Source: Candidatus Peribacter riflensis (GTDB taxonomy: Bacteria > Patescibacteriota > Gracilibacteria > Peribacterales > Peribacteraceae). Taken from it: 32,000 nt of DNA. A model generated the notes under the pieces. It worked only from the letters and a program-made list of their open reading frames with translations. It made no database searches and was not told where the DNA came from. This document shows positions 17,360 through 25,743 of the stretch, piece by piece; positions within the stretch are counted from its first letter, which is position 1; each line of letters starts with the position of its first letter. The stretch lies in NCBI GenBank assembly GCA_001430755.1, contig CP013062.1, forward strand, positions 870,001 to 902,000. Direction: 5' to 3'. Both the position numbers and the translations under genes were made by a program.

Positions 17360-19282
17360 CTACTGCTGAGAGGCCTTCTGCCAGCCCAGTCGGATGATCT
17401 CCTGGCGCACGCGCTCCGGGAAGTTCTCGGGGCCGCCCGGCAGAGCGAAGTAGAGTCGGCGCAGAATACGCCCCTGGTCGGCATGACCATTGAGATCCTT
17501 GAGCTCCTGCATGAACTGGTTCAGGCGCGACTGGGTGAGATGGTAGACGAAGATGCGCTGCTTGATGCCAGCGACCATCGCCAGCACGTCGGATTCCGAG
17601 AGAACAGGCTCCGCCTCAGCCGGGAGATAGCTCGAGATCTCTGCGAAGATAAGAGGATCGATCTTCTGTGTCTGGCCCATTTCTTCCTGCTTCTTGAGTG
17701 AGAGCGCCAGCATCTCGAGCGATGCCAGTGCCTGTCGGCGTGTCTCGGGCACAAGCGCGGCAGTACCGCGGCTCTTGAGCACCTTCAGTTGCGGCTGCAG
17801 ATTGACCCACAGATCCTGCAACCCGCGCATGTTCCCCGTCTCTGCAGTCTGCGTGAGCACGCTGAGCGCATCGATCAGGAGCCCTCCCTGCACATCCTTT
17901 TCGGCAACAGGCCCATCTGCAAGCTCGGAACTTGTCTCCAACACGACCTGTTTTAAGATGTATCCTTCGTCTCCGGGAAGCACCGCCGCAACATCACTCG
18001 CATTTTGGGTCACCACCTGTTGCAGGAAGAACTGTGCCAGTGTTGCATCACCGGAACCCGTCGAAAGCGCAACGAGCGCGGAACGGTACTCTTCGAGCGG
18101 AAGCGCAACAGCCCCGGTCTGACCGCTGGCAAGAAGGGCGGCTGCCTCTGTCAGACGCGTATCGGCATGCTGGAGTTTCTTTTGGATTTTCGCCTCTTCT
18201 CCCAGGGTCAGGAAGAGATCCACCGCCTCAACCGCCCGCTTCACCGGATAGAGCGTGGACGTGGGCAGAATACGTGCACGCTCTGCCATACGGGTCTTCT
18301 GGAGTGCGGCAATTTCCTTGCGATGCACGGCATCGAGCGAAAGGTTGCCACGCACCCATGCAGACGCGTACACATTCTCAGAAAGCTTTCGCACCGACGG
18401 GACGCCGCTGTCGCGGAGCAGGGTCTGCTCCCCTGCCACCAGAGACACCTCGTTCCCTTCTCGTGTGACCCGGGCGCTGCGATCATAGACCTCCACGCGC
18501 AGGACCTTGTCACCGCCGATCGAGACGCTGCCTCCGTTCACCGTGACCAGGCCTGTGGGAGTGAAGACCGTCAACCCGCGCAAATTCGCAGGAACCAGCC
18601 CCTGCATCCACAGCCGGCCGGCGAAGAGCGAGAGCGTGGGCACCAGCTCCGTTGCAGGTTCCATCCGGTCCGAGAGATCGACGAGATCAATCATGGTTCC
18701 GTGATCCAGTCGCACCACGCCGTCATCTCCCAGCACGATGCTGGCCTGTCCGTCTTCCCCTGTCTGGATGCGCATACCCGCGCGGAGTGTGGTTTCTTCC
18801 GTCACCGGCTGCCACACCTCATCGATCAGGATGGACACATTGCCATACGGGAGAAGCATCGTCTCGGAACCCGCCGCAGAGTGTGGCGCCCAGAACATGC
18901 GCGGGCTCAACTGCACGACGAAGATCAGAAGTGTCATGGCGGCCGCCCACTTCATACCCCAGAACATCCCGCGGCTCTGCTGCACAGGCACGAGCTGAGG
19001 CGAAAGGCGCAGCCAGAGGGTGCGACGGAGTTCATCGGGAATCGCCAGCCAGCCGCGTAATTCCACCAGCAATCCCTGCGCGCGCGTGGCGAGCAGCGAG
19101 GCGGAAATCCGCTCCCAGATCATGTGCTTTGTTTCGGAGGAAGGCGTGAGGAGTACATGTGCGGACTGCAGGGCCTGCGGTGCGCTCATGCGCGCCTGCA
19201 GGCGCGCATGGATACGCGCCTGTGCACCCGGACGGGGTGTCAGATCACGCTGGAGCCTGCGGAGGAGGTCCTCTGCTGCCAT
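17360..19282 (-). CDS. FecR-domain membrane protein, putative anti-sigma factor / signal transducer (C-terminal DUF5667-like helical domain)
   Basis: Short cytoplasmic N-terminus and one TM (WAAAMTLLIFVVQL). FecR-like segment LRAGMRIQTGEDGQASIVLGDDGVVRLDHGTMIDLVDL. The long helical C-terminal region (YPVKRAVEAVDLFLTLGEEAKIQKKLQHADTRLTEAAALL) resembles DUF5667 from memory. It sits directly downstream of an ECF sigma gene. Confidence 0.6.
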   Translation of the reverse strand: MAAEDLLRRLQRDLTPRPGAQARIHARLQARMSAPQALQSAHVLLTPSSETKHMIWERISASLLATRAQGLLVELRGWLAIPDELRRTLWLRLSPQLVPVQQSRGMFWGMKWAAAMTLLIFVVQLSPRMFWAPHSAAGSETMLLPYGNVSILIDEVWQPVTEETTLRAGMRIQTGEDGQASIVLGDDGVVRLDHGTMIDLVDLSDRMEPATELVPTLSLFAGRLWMQGLVPANLRGLTVFTPTGLVTVNGGSVSIGGDKVLRVEVYDRSARVTREGNEVSLVAGEQTLLRDSGVPSVRKLSENVYASAWVRGNLSLDAVHRKEIAALQKTRMAERARILPTSTLYPVKRAVEAVDLFLTLGEEAKIQKKLQHADTRLTEAAALLASGQTGAVALPLEEYRSALVALSTGSGDATLAQFFLQQVVTQNASDVAAVLPGDEGYILKQVVLETSSELADGPVAEKDVQGGLLIDALSVLTQTAETGNMRGLQDLWVNLQPQLKVLKSRGTAALVPETRRQALASLEMLALSLKKQEEMGQTQKIDPLIFAEISSYLPAEAEPVLSESDVLAMVAGIKQRIFVYHLTQSRLNQFMQELKDLNGHADQGRILRRLYFALPGGPENFPERVRQEIIRLGWQKASQQ

Positions 19283-19350
19283 ATCACATCAAGTAAAACG
19301 GGAAAAAGGCGCTTTTGTTACAGCAAACGAGAGAGAATGCCTTCCTGATC

Positions 19351-19377
19351 TCCTCTCCACCCAAAGGTGGGAGAGGG
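19351..19377 (-). other. intercistronic stem-loop between the ECF sigma gene and the FecR-like gene
   Basis: TCCTCTCCACC / GGTGG(G)AGAGGG pairs around a CAAA loop, about 10 bp with one bulged G. No T-tract follows. Confidence 0.35.
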
Positions 19378-19410
19378 TAGAGTGAGGGGGGCCGAAGGGA
19401 ATGTCTAATT

Positions 19411-19980
19411 TCAAAGCATTCCATGGGCTTCCGGGGGAAGAAGCGATTCCAATTTCTCTAGGGCACGGAACTTGAGGACCCGTACGGCGCCCTCGCGCAT
19501 CTTGAGCGTTCTGGCGATTTCACTGTGCGGGAGGTCAGCCATGTACGAGAGCAGGAGCACATCGCGGTACCGCCGCGGCAACGCATCCATGGCCGTGCGC
19601 ACCGTCCGTAACACATCTTCGCGCTTCACGCGATGATCGGCGTGGTTCATCTCGTCCGGATCATGCAGCTCTTCGGGCACCTCTTCGATATCACGATGGG
19701 AGCGGTACGCATCAATGACTTCGTGGCGTGCGATGCGAAAGAGCCACGCCGCAAACGGAACACCCTTACGCTCCTGGTACGTGTGCAGCTTCTCCCAAAC
19801 CTTCACGAAAATATCGGCGACCAGATCTTCCGCCATCTCCCGGTCGAAGCGGAACGCCGTATAGCGGTACACCTGCGGAAAGAAATGATCGTAGAGCGTG
19901 CTGAAGGCCTGCGTATCCCCCTCCTGTGCCTGACGCACAAGGGTGAGAATTGCCCCTTCGGTGATCATGGGAGTATCCAC
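19411..19980 (-). CDS. RNA polymerase sigma-70 family, ECF-type sigma factor
   Basis: Region 2 pattern FSTLYDHFFPQVYRYTAFRFDREMAEDLVADIFVKVWEKL...WLFRIARHEVIDAYR. Region 4 pattern LPRRYRDVLLLSYMADLPHSEIARTLKMREGAVRVLKFRALEKL. Confidence 0.9.
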   Translation of the reverse strand: MDTPMITEGAILTLVRQAQEGDTQAFSTLYDHFFPQVYRYTAFRFDREMAEDLVADIFVKVWEKLHTYQERKGVPFAAWLFRIARHEVIDAYRSHRDIEEVPEELHDPDEMNHADHRVKREDVLRTVRTAMDALPRRYRDVLLLSYMADLPHSEIARTLKMREGAVRVLKFRALEKLESLLPPEAHGML

Positions 19981-20106
19981 GGCGAGCTCTTAGCGTAGAA
20001 CTTCCTTCCGCATTCTTCCACCGTAGTCCTGAGGAAATTGGGACATATCCGCCTTCCCATTCCACGCAAAACACGTATCAATGATCAAGAAACACGCCGT
20101 GAAACT

Positions 20107-23100
20107 CTACTGCCTGCCGCGCAAAACCCGTACGAAGAGGAGAACGAACGTGAGGAGAATAGAACCCACTATGGCACCAATCGCCCAGATCCACGACACG
20201 CCCCAATCCGGGATCTGTTGCTCCACTGGAGCGGAGGGATATGCCGGTATGACAGGCAGGATCCCGGCAGAGGAAGCAGAGGAAAGAGAAGAAGATTCCT
20301 GCGAGGAGGAAGAAGAGGAGGATACGGGCTCCTCGATACTACAGAGGGCAGAGCAGCCGTCCTCGTCCGTCACATTCCCGTCATCACACTGCTCAGGATC
20401 GTCGATGATCCCGTCCCCGCAGACAGGAGAAGGCGGGGCGTCCGCCGGATGCTCGAGAGTACAGAAGACGGAGCAGCCGTCGCCATACATGATGTTGCCG
20501 TCATCGCACTGCTCGCCTGCCTCGAGAAAACCATTACCACAGAGAACATTGGCTGCAGAACTGGCAGATGACAAAGCAGAATCGGCGGCAGTGGGCATGG
20601 GAGTGCAGAGGCAGTCAGCGGCGCAGAAGGAACCCGACTCACATGGCAGGCCACGCTCGCACTGCTCTCCGGGATCGAGAACGCCATCACCACAGGCAGC
20701 GAGTGGCATCGAAGACGCAGAGAAAGACGACAGCGAGGAGGTGACGGAGGAGGCGGAAAGAGCAGCCAGCAGCGCGGACTCTGACGAGAGAGAAGAAGAT
20801 TGTGCAGTCACCCCGGGCAGCAGGATGCACTGACACAGGTACGTGCAGTACCTGCCGGCAGGGCAGGGGGCACCGACTTCGCACTGCTCACCTGCATCCA
20901 GAATGCTGTTGCCGCAAAGGGACGCCTGGGACGAGACAGAGGAGAACGACGAGGAAGAAACGGAAGAGAGCAGGACACACTGGCACTGCGATGGATGGCA
21001 TGCGTACCCCGAGGGACAACCCGTGACGCCAACTTCGCACTGCTCGCCGGCATCCAGAATGCCATTGCTGCAGAGCGCGATTCCTGCAACAGACGTAGTG
21101 GCCGAGGATTGCGAGGAACCCCGTGAGGAGGAGCGGGGAGTGCAGGAGCAGGATGCCGTGCAGAAACCGCCACCAGGGCAGGGATGGTTGGTATCGCACT
21201 GCTCGCTGCCTTCGAGAAGTCCATTGCCGCAGCGTGGGAGAACCGACACGGAAGAGGATCGGGAAGAAGAGGAAGGGAACATCCCAATGACGAACGACGA
21301 AGCGGCACTGGACACGCCCTGTTCGGTCCGGCAGGCGGAGGAACAACCATCTCCGGAAACGAGATCGCCGTCATCGCATTGCTCCGATCCGGCACGGATA
21401 CCATCGCCGCAGAGGGTGCCACAGACACTGGGCACACCTTCACAGACCCACCCGGGCTCACGCTGACAGGTCTGTCCGCAGCCGTCTCCGGTCAGGCGGT
21501 TGCCATCGTCACACTGCTCACCGGTCTCAATCAGACGATTGGCACAGAAACTCCCCGCCTGGGAACCAAAAGAGCTCTGGGCACCCGAAGAAGAGGAAGC
21601 CAAAGACCGGCAAGTGCCCGCAGCACAAAAACCGGGACAGGTGATTGTTTCTGTCAAAGGCAGCCCAGTGGAAGCGGGACAGAATGACTCTACGAGTCTG
21701 GTCGTACTCTCGCAGTAATCCGTATATCCCTGCACCGTTTCTAAGCCGCTCGAAGCACGGCTCCCCCCCCTGGTGATACCGGACACCGTGTAATTCTTCC
21801 CTCCGTCACTATCGGTGCACGCATTATCGAAAGGAGCGGCAGAGGAATGACTGGATGCGCCTGAAGATACAGAAGACGGCTCTGTCAGACACATACCACC
21901 GAGGCACTTGTACGGACAGATGTGAGTCATGGTGGAAGGAAGCCCACGCGGTTGGGAGCAGAAGACCTCCAGCAGCGTCTTGTCACTCAGACAACGATCA
22001 ATGATGGTTTCATGCCGGTCGAGACCGCTGATCCTCGCCGCACCATCTCCCCTTCCGGCGGTGGCAAAGTCCTTTCCCCCGTCACTGTCGGTACACGCAT
22101 CCCAAGGCTCGCAGGTGGAAGGCATGGGTGTGTTGTTGCAGATCCAATCCGTCTCAACGACGCACAGAGGGGAACACCCATCCCCAGCCGTCTTGTTGCC
22201 ATCGTCACAGATCTCGTCGGTGCCCGCATCGAGCGCGCCATTGCCGCAGCTGGTGAACGCACACGTGCTGGGCGAGCCGGCACAGGTCCACCCGGGCTTC
22301 GCAGTACAGGAAGCAGTGCAGCCGTTCACATTACGCGCCTCACAATGGGTAAATGCACAGTCGACGTCCGTGTAACACCGGCGATCATTCGTGCATTGCA
22401 GACGTGTGCCGCCACCCTCATAAGGCAAATTCCGGCACGCTTCACCCATTTTGCAGGAACGGGTATCACAAAAGATGATGTCGTCGCACCGTTTGCCGAT
22501 GTCACACTGTTCGCCGTTATTGACGACGCCATCGCCGCAGATCTCGCGCTTACAGAGAGAGGTACATCCGTCCCCATCTATCTGATTCCCGTCGTCGCAC
22601 TCCTCCCCATTGGTCGTGCACACCTCTCTGCTGGTTCCCACGGCAAAACCCCAATTGAGCGTGGGAACCGGCCGACAATCCGTGAACAACGGGCCCTGAA
22701 CTCCATCTCCGCAGCGCCAGCACATCCACTCCGCCTCATCCGCAGCAGAGAGGTAGGGCTTTTTGAAGCATTCACTGCCCGGTTCGATCTGGCATGTGTT
22801 CGAGCAGCCGTCCCCATTCGCCCTGTTCCCGTCGTCACACACCTCGTACGTCGAGGGATTTGCGTATCCGTCACCGCAGTATATGCACTGCAGGGGTGTT
22901 TCGACGTAGTTGGAGGCCGGTGTGTAACCGAGCCCGTCATTGATGAGCTCAAAATCCGATCGGAAGCCGCTGCCACCCGGTCCATACTCATGATGCGCAC
23001 ATGGATCCGGCGACGTGGTTTTGAAGTAGATATCGATCAGGCGGGCCTGCCCGCTGGGCAGGAGGGGTATAGAACACGTGATCTGCGTACCCTGCACGGC

Positions 23101-23763
23101 ACACCCGGTAATCGGTTCGACCGCAAAACACTCTTGGAGGCCCGCAATGCAGCCGGTGCCGGATGCGATATGATCGAAGACAAAGGCATTGGCCGCATAC
23201 CCTTCGGGAAAGTGCGGCGTCAGTCTGAAGGAATAGCGATCCGCCGCGGTCATGTCAGCCAGGCCGCGATTCCAGACGATGACAGGAAACTTCATCATCG
23301 CCCCCCAGTAGGGCAAATTGACATTGTCCCGCGCGGGCGGATCGAGGATGTACTGCACATCCCCGAAGTAACCGTTGTACCCGCGCAACATCGACTCAAT
23401 TGTTGCAATGAACGCTCCGACCTGAACAGTGTGTGGAGCGGCCACCGTCACCACGGAAGCTACTGATGAAGAACGTGAACTCGATCTCGAAGAAACACCA
23501 CTCACGCTTGGGCAGGTACAGTGCATGGTGCATGCCTGCTGGCCGGGGCAGGGAGCCACGAAGTAGTCAATAGTCGGATCGCACGTTTCGCCCGGATCCT
23601 CCCTGCGGTTGCCGCATGTACCCGGGAGAATCTGTCCCAACATATCCGAGCTACCTGGCAGCACCAGAATGCCCTGCTGCCATGCCAAAAACGCCGAGGC
23701 CAAAAAAATAAAGAGGAGGAGCCAGAGCTTCGCGGCTGCCGGTGGGAGACGAAGAAGGCGCAT
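20107..23763 (-). CDS. giant secreted/anchored cysteine-rich repeat surface protein (Myxococcus-type CGDG...EQCDDGN...GDGC repeats, Ser-rich linkers, C-terminal TM anchor)
   Basis: Signal-like N-terminus MRLLRLPPAAAKLWLLLFIFLASAFLA. At least 7 canonical repeats, e.g. CGNGFLEAGEQCDDGNIMYGDGCSVFCTLE. Five shorter variant modules, poly-Ser linkers, and the C-terminal WIWAIGAIVGSILLTFVLLFVRVLRGRQ. I prefer the ATG at 23763 (TGtTATAGT plus 10 nt upstream) over the GTG at 23775. Confidence 0.85.
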   Translation of the reverse strand: MRLLRLPPAAAKLWLLLFIFLASAFLAWQQGILVLPGSSDMLGQILPGTCGNRREDPGETCDPTIDYFVAPCPGQQACTMHCTCPSVSGVSSRSSSRSSSVASVVTVAAPHTVQVGAFIATIESMLRGYNGYFGDVQYILDPPARDNVNLPYWGAMMKFPVIVWNRGLADMTAADRYSFRLTPHFPEGYAANAFVFDHIASGTGCIAGLQECFAVEPITGCAVQGTQITCSIPLLPSGQARLIDIYFKTTSPDPCAHHEYGPGGSGFRSDFELINDGLGYTPASNYVETPLQCIYCGDGYANPSTYEVCDDGNRANGDGCSNTCQIEPGSECFKKPYLSAADEAEWMCWRCGDGVQGPLFTDCRPVPTLNWGFAVGTSREVCTTNGEECDDGNQIDGDGCTSLCKREICGDGVVNNGEQCDIGKRCDDIIFCDTRSCKMGEACRNLPYEGGGTRLQCTNDRRCYTDVDCAFTHCEARNVNGCTASCTAKPGWTCAGSPSTCAFTSCGNGALDAGTDEICDDGNKTAGDGCSPLCVVETDWICNNTPMPSTCEPWDACTDSDGGKDFATAGRGDGAARISGLDRHETIIDRCLSDKTLLEVFCSQPRGLPSTMTHICPYKCLGGMCLTEPSSVSSGASSHSSAAPFDNACTDSDGGKNYTVSGITRGGSRASSGLETVQGYTDYCESTTRLVESFCPASTGLPLTETITCPGFCAAGTCRSLASSSSGAQSSFGSQAGSFCANRLIETGEQCDDGNRLTGDGCGQTCQREPGWVCEGVPSVCGTLCGDGIRAGSEQCDDGDLVSGDGCSSACRTEQGVSSAASSFVIGMFPSSSSRSSSVSVLPRCGNGLLEGSEQCDTNHPCPGGGFCTASCSCTPRSSSRGSSQSSATTSVAGIALCSNGILDAGEQCEVGVTGCPSGYACHPSQCQCVLLSSVSSSSFSSVSSQASLCGNSILDAGEQCEVGAPCPAGRYCTYLCQCILLPGVTAQSSSLSSESALLAALSASSVTSSLSSFSASSMPLAACGDGVLDPGEQCERGLPCESGSFCAADCLCTPMPTAADSALSSASSAANVLCGNGFLEAGEQCDDGNIMYGDGCSVFCTLEHPADAPPSPVCGDGIIDDPEQCDDGNVTDEDGCSALCSIEEPVSSSSSSSQESSSLSSASSAGILPVIPAYPSAPVEQQIPDWGVSWIWAIGAIVGSILLTFVLLFVRVLRGRQ

Positions 23764-23773
23764 CCCTCTCGCC

Positions 23774-23782
23774 ACTATAACA
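23774..23782 (-). promoter_or_regulatory. extended -10-like TGtTATAGT upstream of the giant surface-protein gene
   Basis: The reverse complement of 23774-23782 reads TGTTATAGT. It lies 10 nt upstream of the ATG at 23763. Confidence 0.45.
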
Positions 23783-23872
23783 TCGCCGAGAAAAGAGCTA
23801 CACCAGCTGTTCTTGTCAAAAAATTCAGTGATGATCTGTTATCTATCCGAATGGAATTTCGAAACTCCCGCG

Positions 23873-25678
23873 CTACTCCCACTCAATAGTGGCGGGCGGT
23901 TTGCTCGTGAGATCGAAGAAGACAAAATCGATGCCCGGGAGCTCCATGATCCTCTTGGTCATGTGTTCCAGTACTTCGGCAGGGAGCGACGCCGCGCGCG
24001 CCGTCATGGCCTCCTGCGATTCCACAGGACGCAGCACGATGGATTGTCCACCGAGCTTCTCGCCGAAGGGCAGCAGCACCACCGGGAACTGCCAGATGGC
24101 CTCGTAGAGACCGGTACGGCGCATCTCTTCGGTGACGATAGCATCGGCCTCGCGCAGCAGATCGGCCCGCTCGCGCGTAATGGCACCGGGCGTGAACACG
24201 AAAGGGCGCGGCCCGGAAGATGACGTACACAGGAGCACGCGGTTGAATTCGCGACGACGGTTGGGAATCTCCGTCGCCAGACGCCACATCTGTTCGGTGA
24301 GCACACACGGCTGCTCCGAAAAGAGAGCGAGTGCATGGCGATAGGTCCGTCCGTCTCCCTGTACACCCACACTCTTGACGGGAAGCACGGTCCACGCGCC
24401 CGCCCAACGCTTGATGCCCACATCATCGACCGAGAAAGCATCCGGCTTCTCGGCGCAGAGAATACGCACCCCCAGCCCCGGACCGGGGAAGGGATGTCGC
24501 CAGACGAACTCATGAGGAAGACCCAGCTCCTCACCCAGTGCACGCACCTCGTCTTTATAGAGCTCCTTGAGCGGCTCGATGACGAGTCCTTTTTTGAGCA
24601 TCTCCTGAATCGCCGGCACGCGATTGTGGTGCGTCTTGATGTGGTCAGCGTGTTTGGTTCCCTTGGTCTCGATGGTATCGGGATAAATCGTCCCCTGCCC
24701 CAGCATCCAGCCCCTTGCAGAGGTGAGACCCAGATCTTCGCTCACGCGCTTCTGCACAGACAGGAACGTGTCGCCGATCACCCGTCGCTTCTCCTCGGGA
24801 TCCATGACACCCTGGAGCTTTTGAAAGAACTCCGCCGAAGCATCGTCGACACGCAGATTCGTCACACCGAGCCGCTCGAATGCGCTGCGAATCTCGGCGA
24901 TTTCGTTCTTACGCATCAGGCCCGTATCCACCAAAAGACCCTGCACGCGGTGGGCGCCCAGCACTTGATTGAGGAGCACGAACGCCACCGTGGAATCCAC
25001 CCCGCCCGACACGAGCATGAACACACGCCGGTCTTTCACCTGCTCCAGAATCTCGTCGCCGATGCGCTGCGCATAGCCTTCGACGGACCACGGCGTGGCG
25101 TGGCAGAGCTCGACGAAGCGCCGGAGGATCTCGGTTCCATGCTCCGTGTGGGCGACTTCGGGATGGAACTGCACTGCGAAGAATTTGCGTCGCGGATCTT
25201 CGAACGCCGCATGGGCGCAGGCGTCGGATGTCGCCGTGACGGCAAACCCCTCCGGCAAGCCGGAGGCCTCGTCTCCGTGCGACATCCAGACCGTGCACCG
25301 CTCCCCGATATCTTTGAGCAGCAGCCCGCCGCCACTCACGGGACGGATCTCGGTATGGCCGTACTCCTTCACCTTGCCGGGCGTGACGGTACCGCCGAGC
25401 GTCTTCGTCATCCACTGCAGCCCATAGCAGATGCCCAGCACCGGAATGCCGAGCGAAAAAATCTTCGGATCCGCCGCAGGACTCGCTTTGTCATACACGC
25501 TCTGCGGCCCGCCCGACAGGATGATGCCGGCCGCCGCCTTCAATTCCTTGGCCGGAGTGGCGGGGTCGCGGATCTCGGAAAAGGCCCCCAGACTCCGGAC
25601 CCTGCGTGCGATGAGATGCGCATACTGACCGCCGAAGTCCAAGATGACGATGGGGCGGCAGGTGTGCGTTCCTTCCAT
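23873..25678 (-). CDS. guaA: GMP synthase (glutamine-hydrolysing)
   Basis: GATase domain IVILDFGGQYAHLIARRVR...GICYGLQWM...SHGD...FHPEV. ATP-PPase P-loop MLVSGGVDSTV. C-terminal dimerisation domain ending PPATIEWE. I prefer the ATG at 25678 over the TTG at 25702. Confidence 0.95.
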   Translation of the reverse strand: MEGTHTCRPIVILDFGGQYAHLIARRVRSLGAFSEIRDPATPAKELKAAAGIILSGGPQSVYDKASPAADPKIFSLGIPVLGICYGLQWMTKTLGGTVTPGKVKEYGHTEIRPVSGGGLLLKDIGERCTVWMSHGDEASGLPEGFAVTATSDACAHAAFEDPRRKFFAVQFHPEVAHTEHGTEILRRFVELCHATPWSVEGYAQRIGDEILEQVKDRRVFMLVSGGVDSTVAFVLLNQVLGAHRVQGLLVDTGLMRKNEIAEIRSAFERLGVTNLRVDDASAEFFQKLQGVMDPEEKRRVIGDTFLSVQKRVSEDLGLTSARGWMLGQGTIYPDTIETKGTKHADHIKTHHNRVPAIQEMLKKGLVIEPLKELYKDEVRALGEELGLPHEFVWRHPFPGPGLGVRILCAEKPDAFSVDDVGIKRWAGAWTVLPVKSVGVQGDGRTYRHALALFSEQPCVLTEQMWRLATEIPNRRREFNRVLLCTSSSGPRPFVFTPGAITRERADLLREADAIVTEEMRRTGLYEAIWQFPVVLLPFGEKLGGQSIVLRPVESQEAMTARAASLPAEVLEHMTKRIMELPGIDFVFFDLTSKPPATIEWE

Positions 25679-25684
25679 GGAGAC

Positions 25685-25712
25685 AGGATAGCCGCTCAGC
25701 AAATATTGACAA
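25685..25712 (-). promoter_or_regulatory. sigma-70-like promoter (TTGTCA, 16 nt, TATCCT) ending 6 nt before the guaA ATG; implies a leaderless transcript
   Basis: On the minus strand, TTGTCA is at 25712-25707, followed by a 16-nt spacer. TATCCT is at 25690-25685, then GTCTCC, then ATG at 25678. Confidence 0.5.
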
Positions 25713-25743
25713 CCGCCGACGGGGAGAAGACTATGCGCCTCCT

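Noticed and set aside
18005-19060. 351-aa plus-strand ORF, and other plus-strand ORFs, opposite the FecR-like gene
   Set aside because: Arg/His/Pro-rich shadow frames. The minus-strand frame has TM, FecR-like and helical-domain features, and it sits in an operon-like position after the sigma gene.
20081-23466. Long plus-strand ORFs (250 aa at 20081-20833, 207 aa at 20843-21466, 514 aa at 21922-23466) opposite the giant surface-protein gene
   Set aside because: The minus-strand frame carries dozens of precisely spaced Cys repeats and a signal/anchor architecture. The plus-strand products are Arg/Pro/Gly/Glu-rich low-complexity sequence produced by the complement of Ser/Cys codons.
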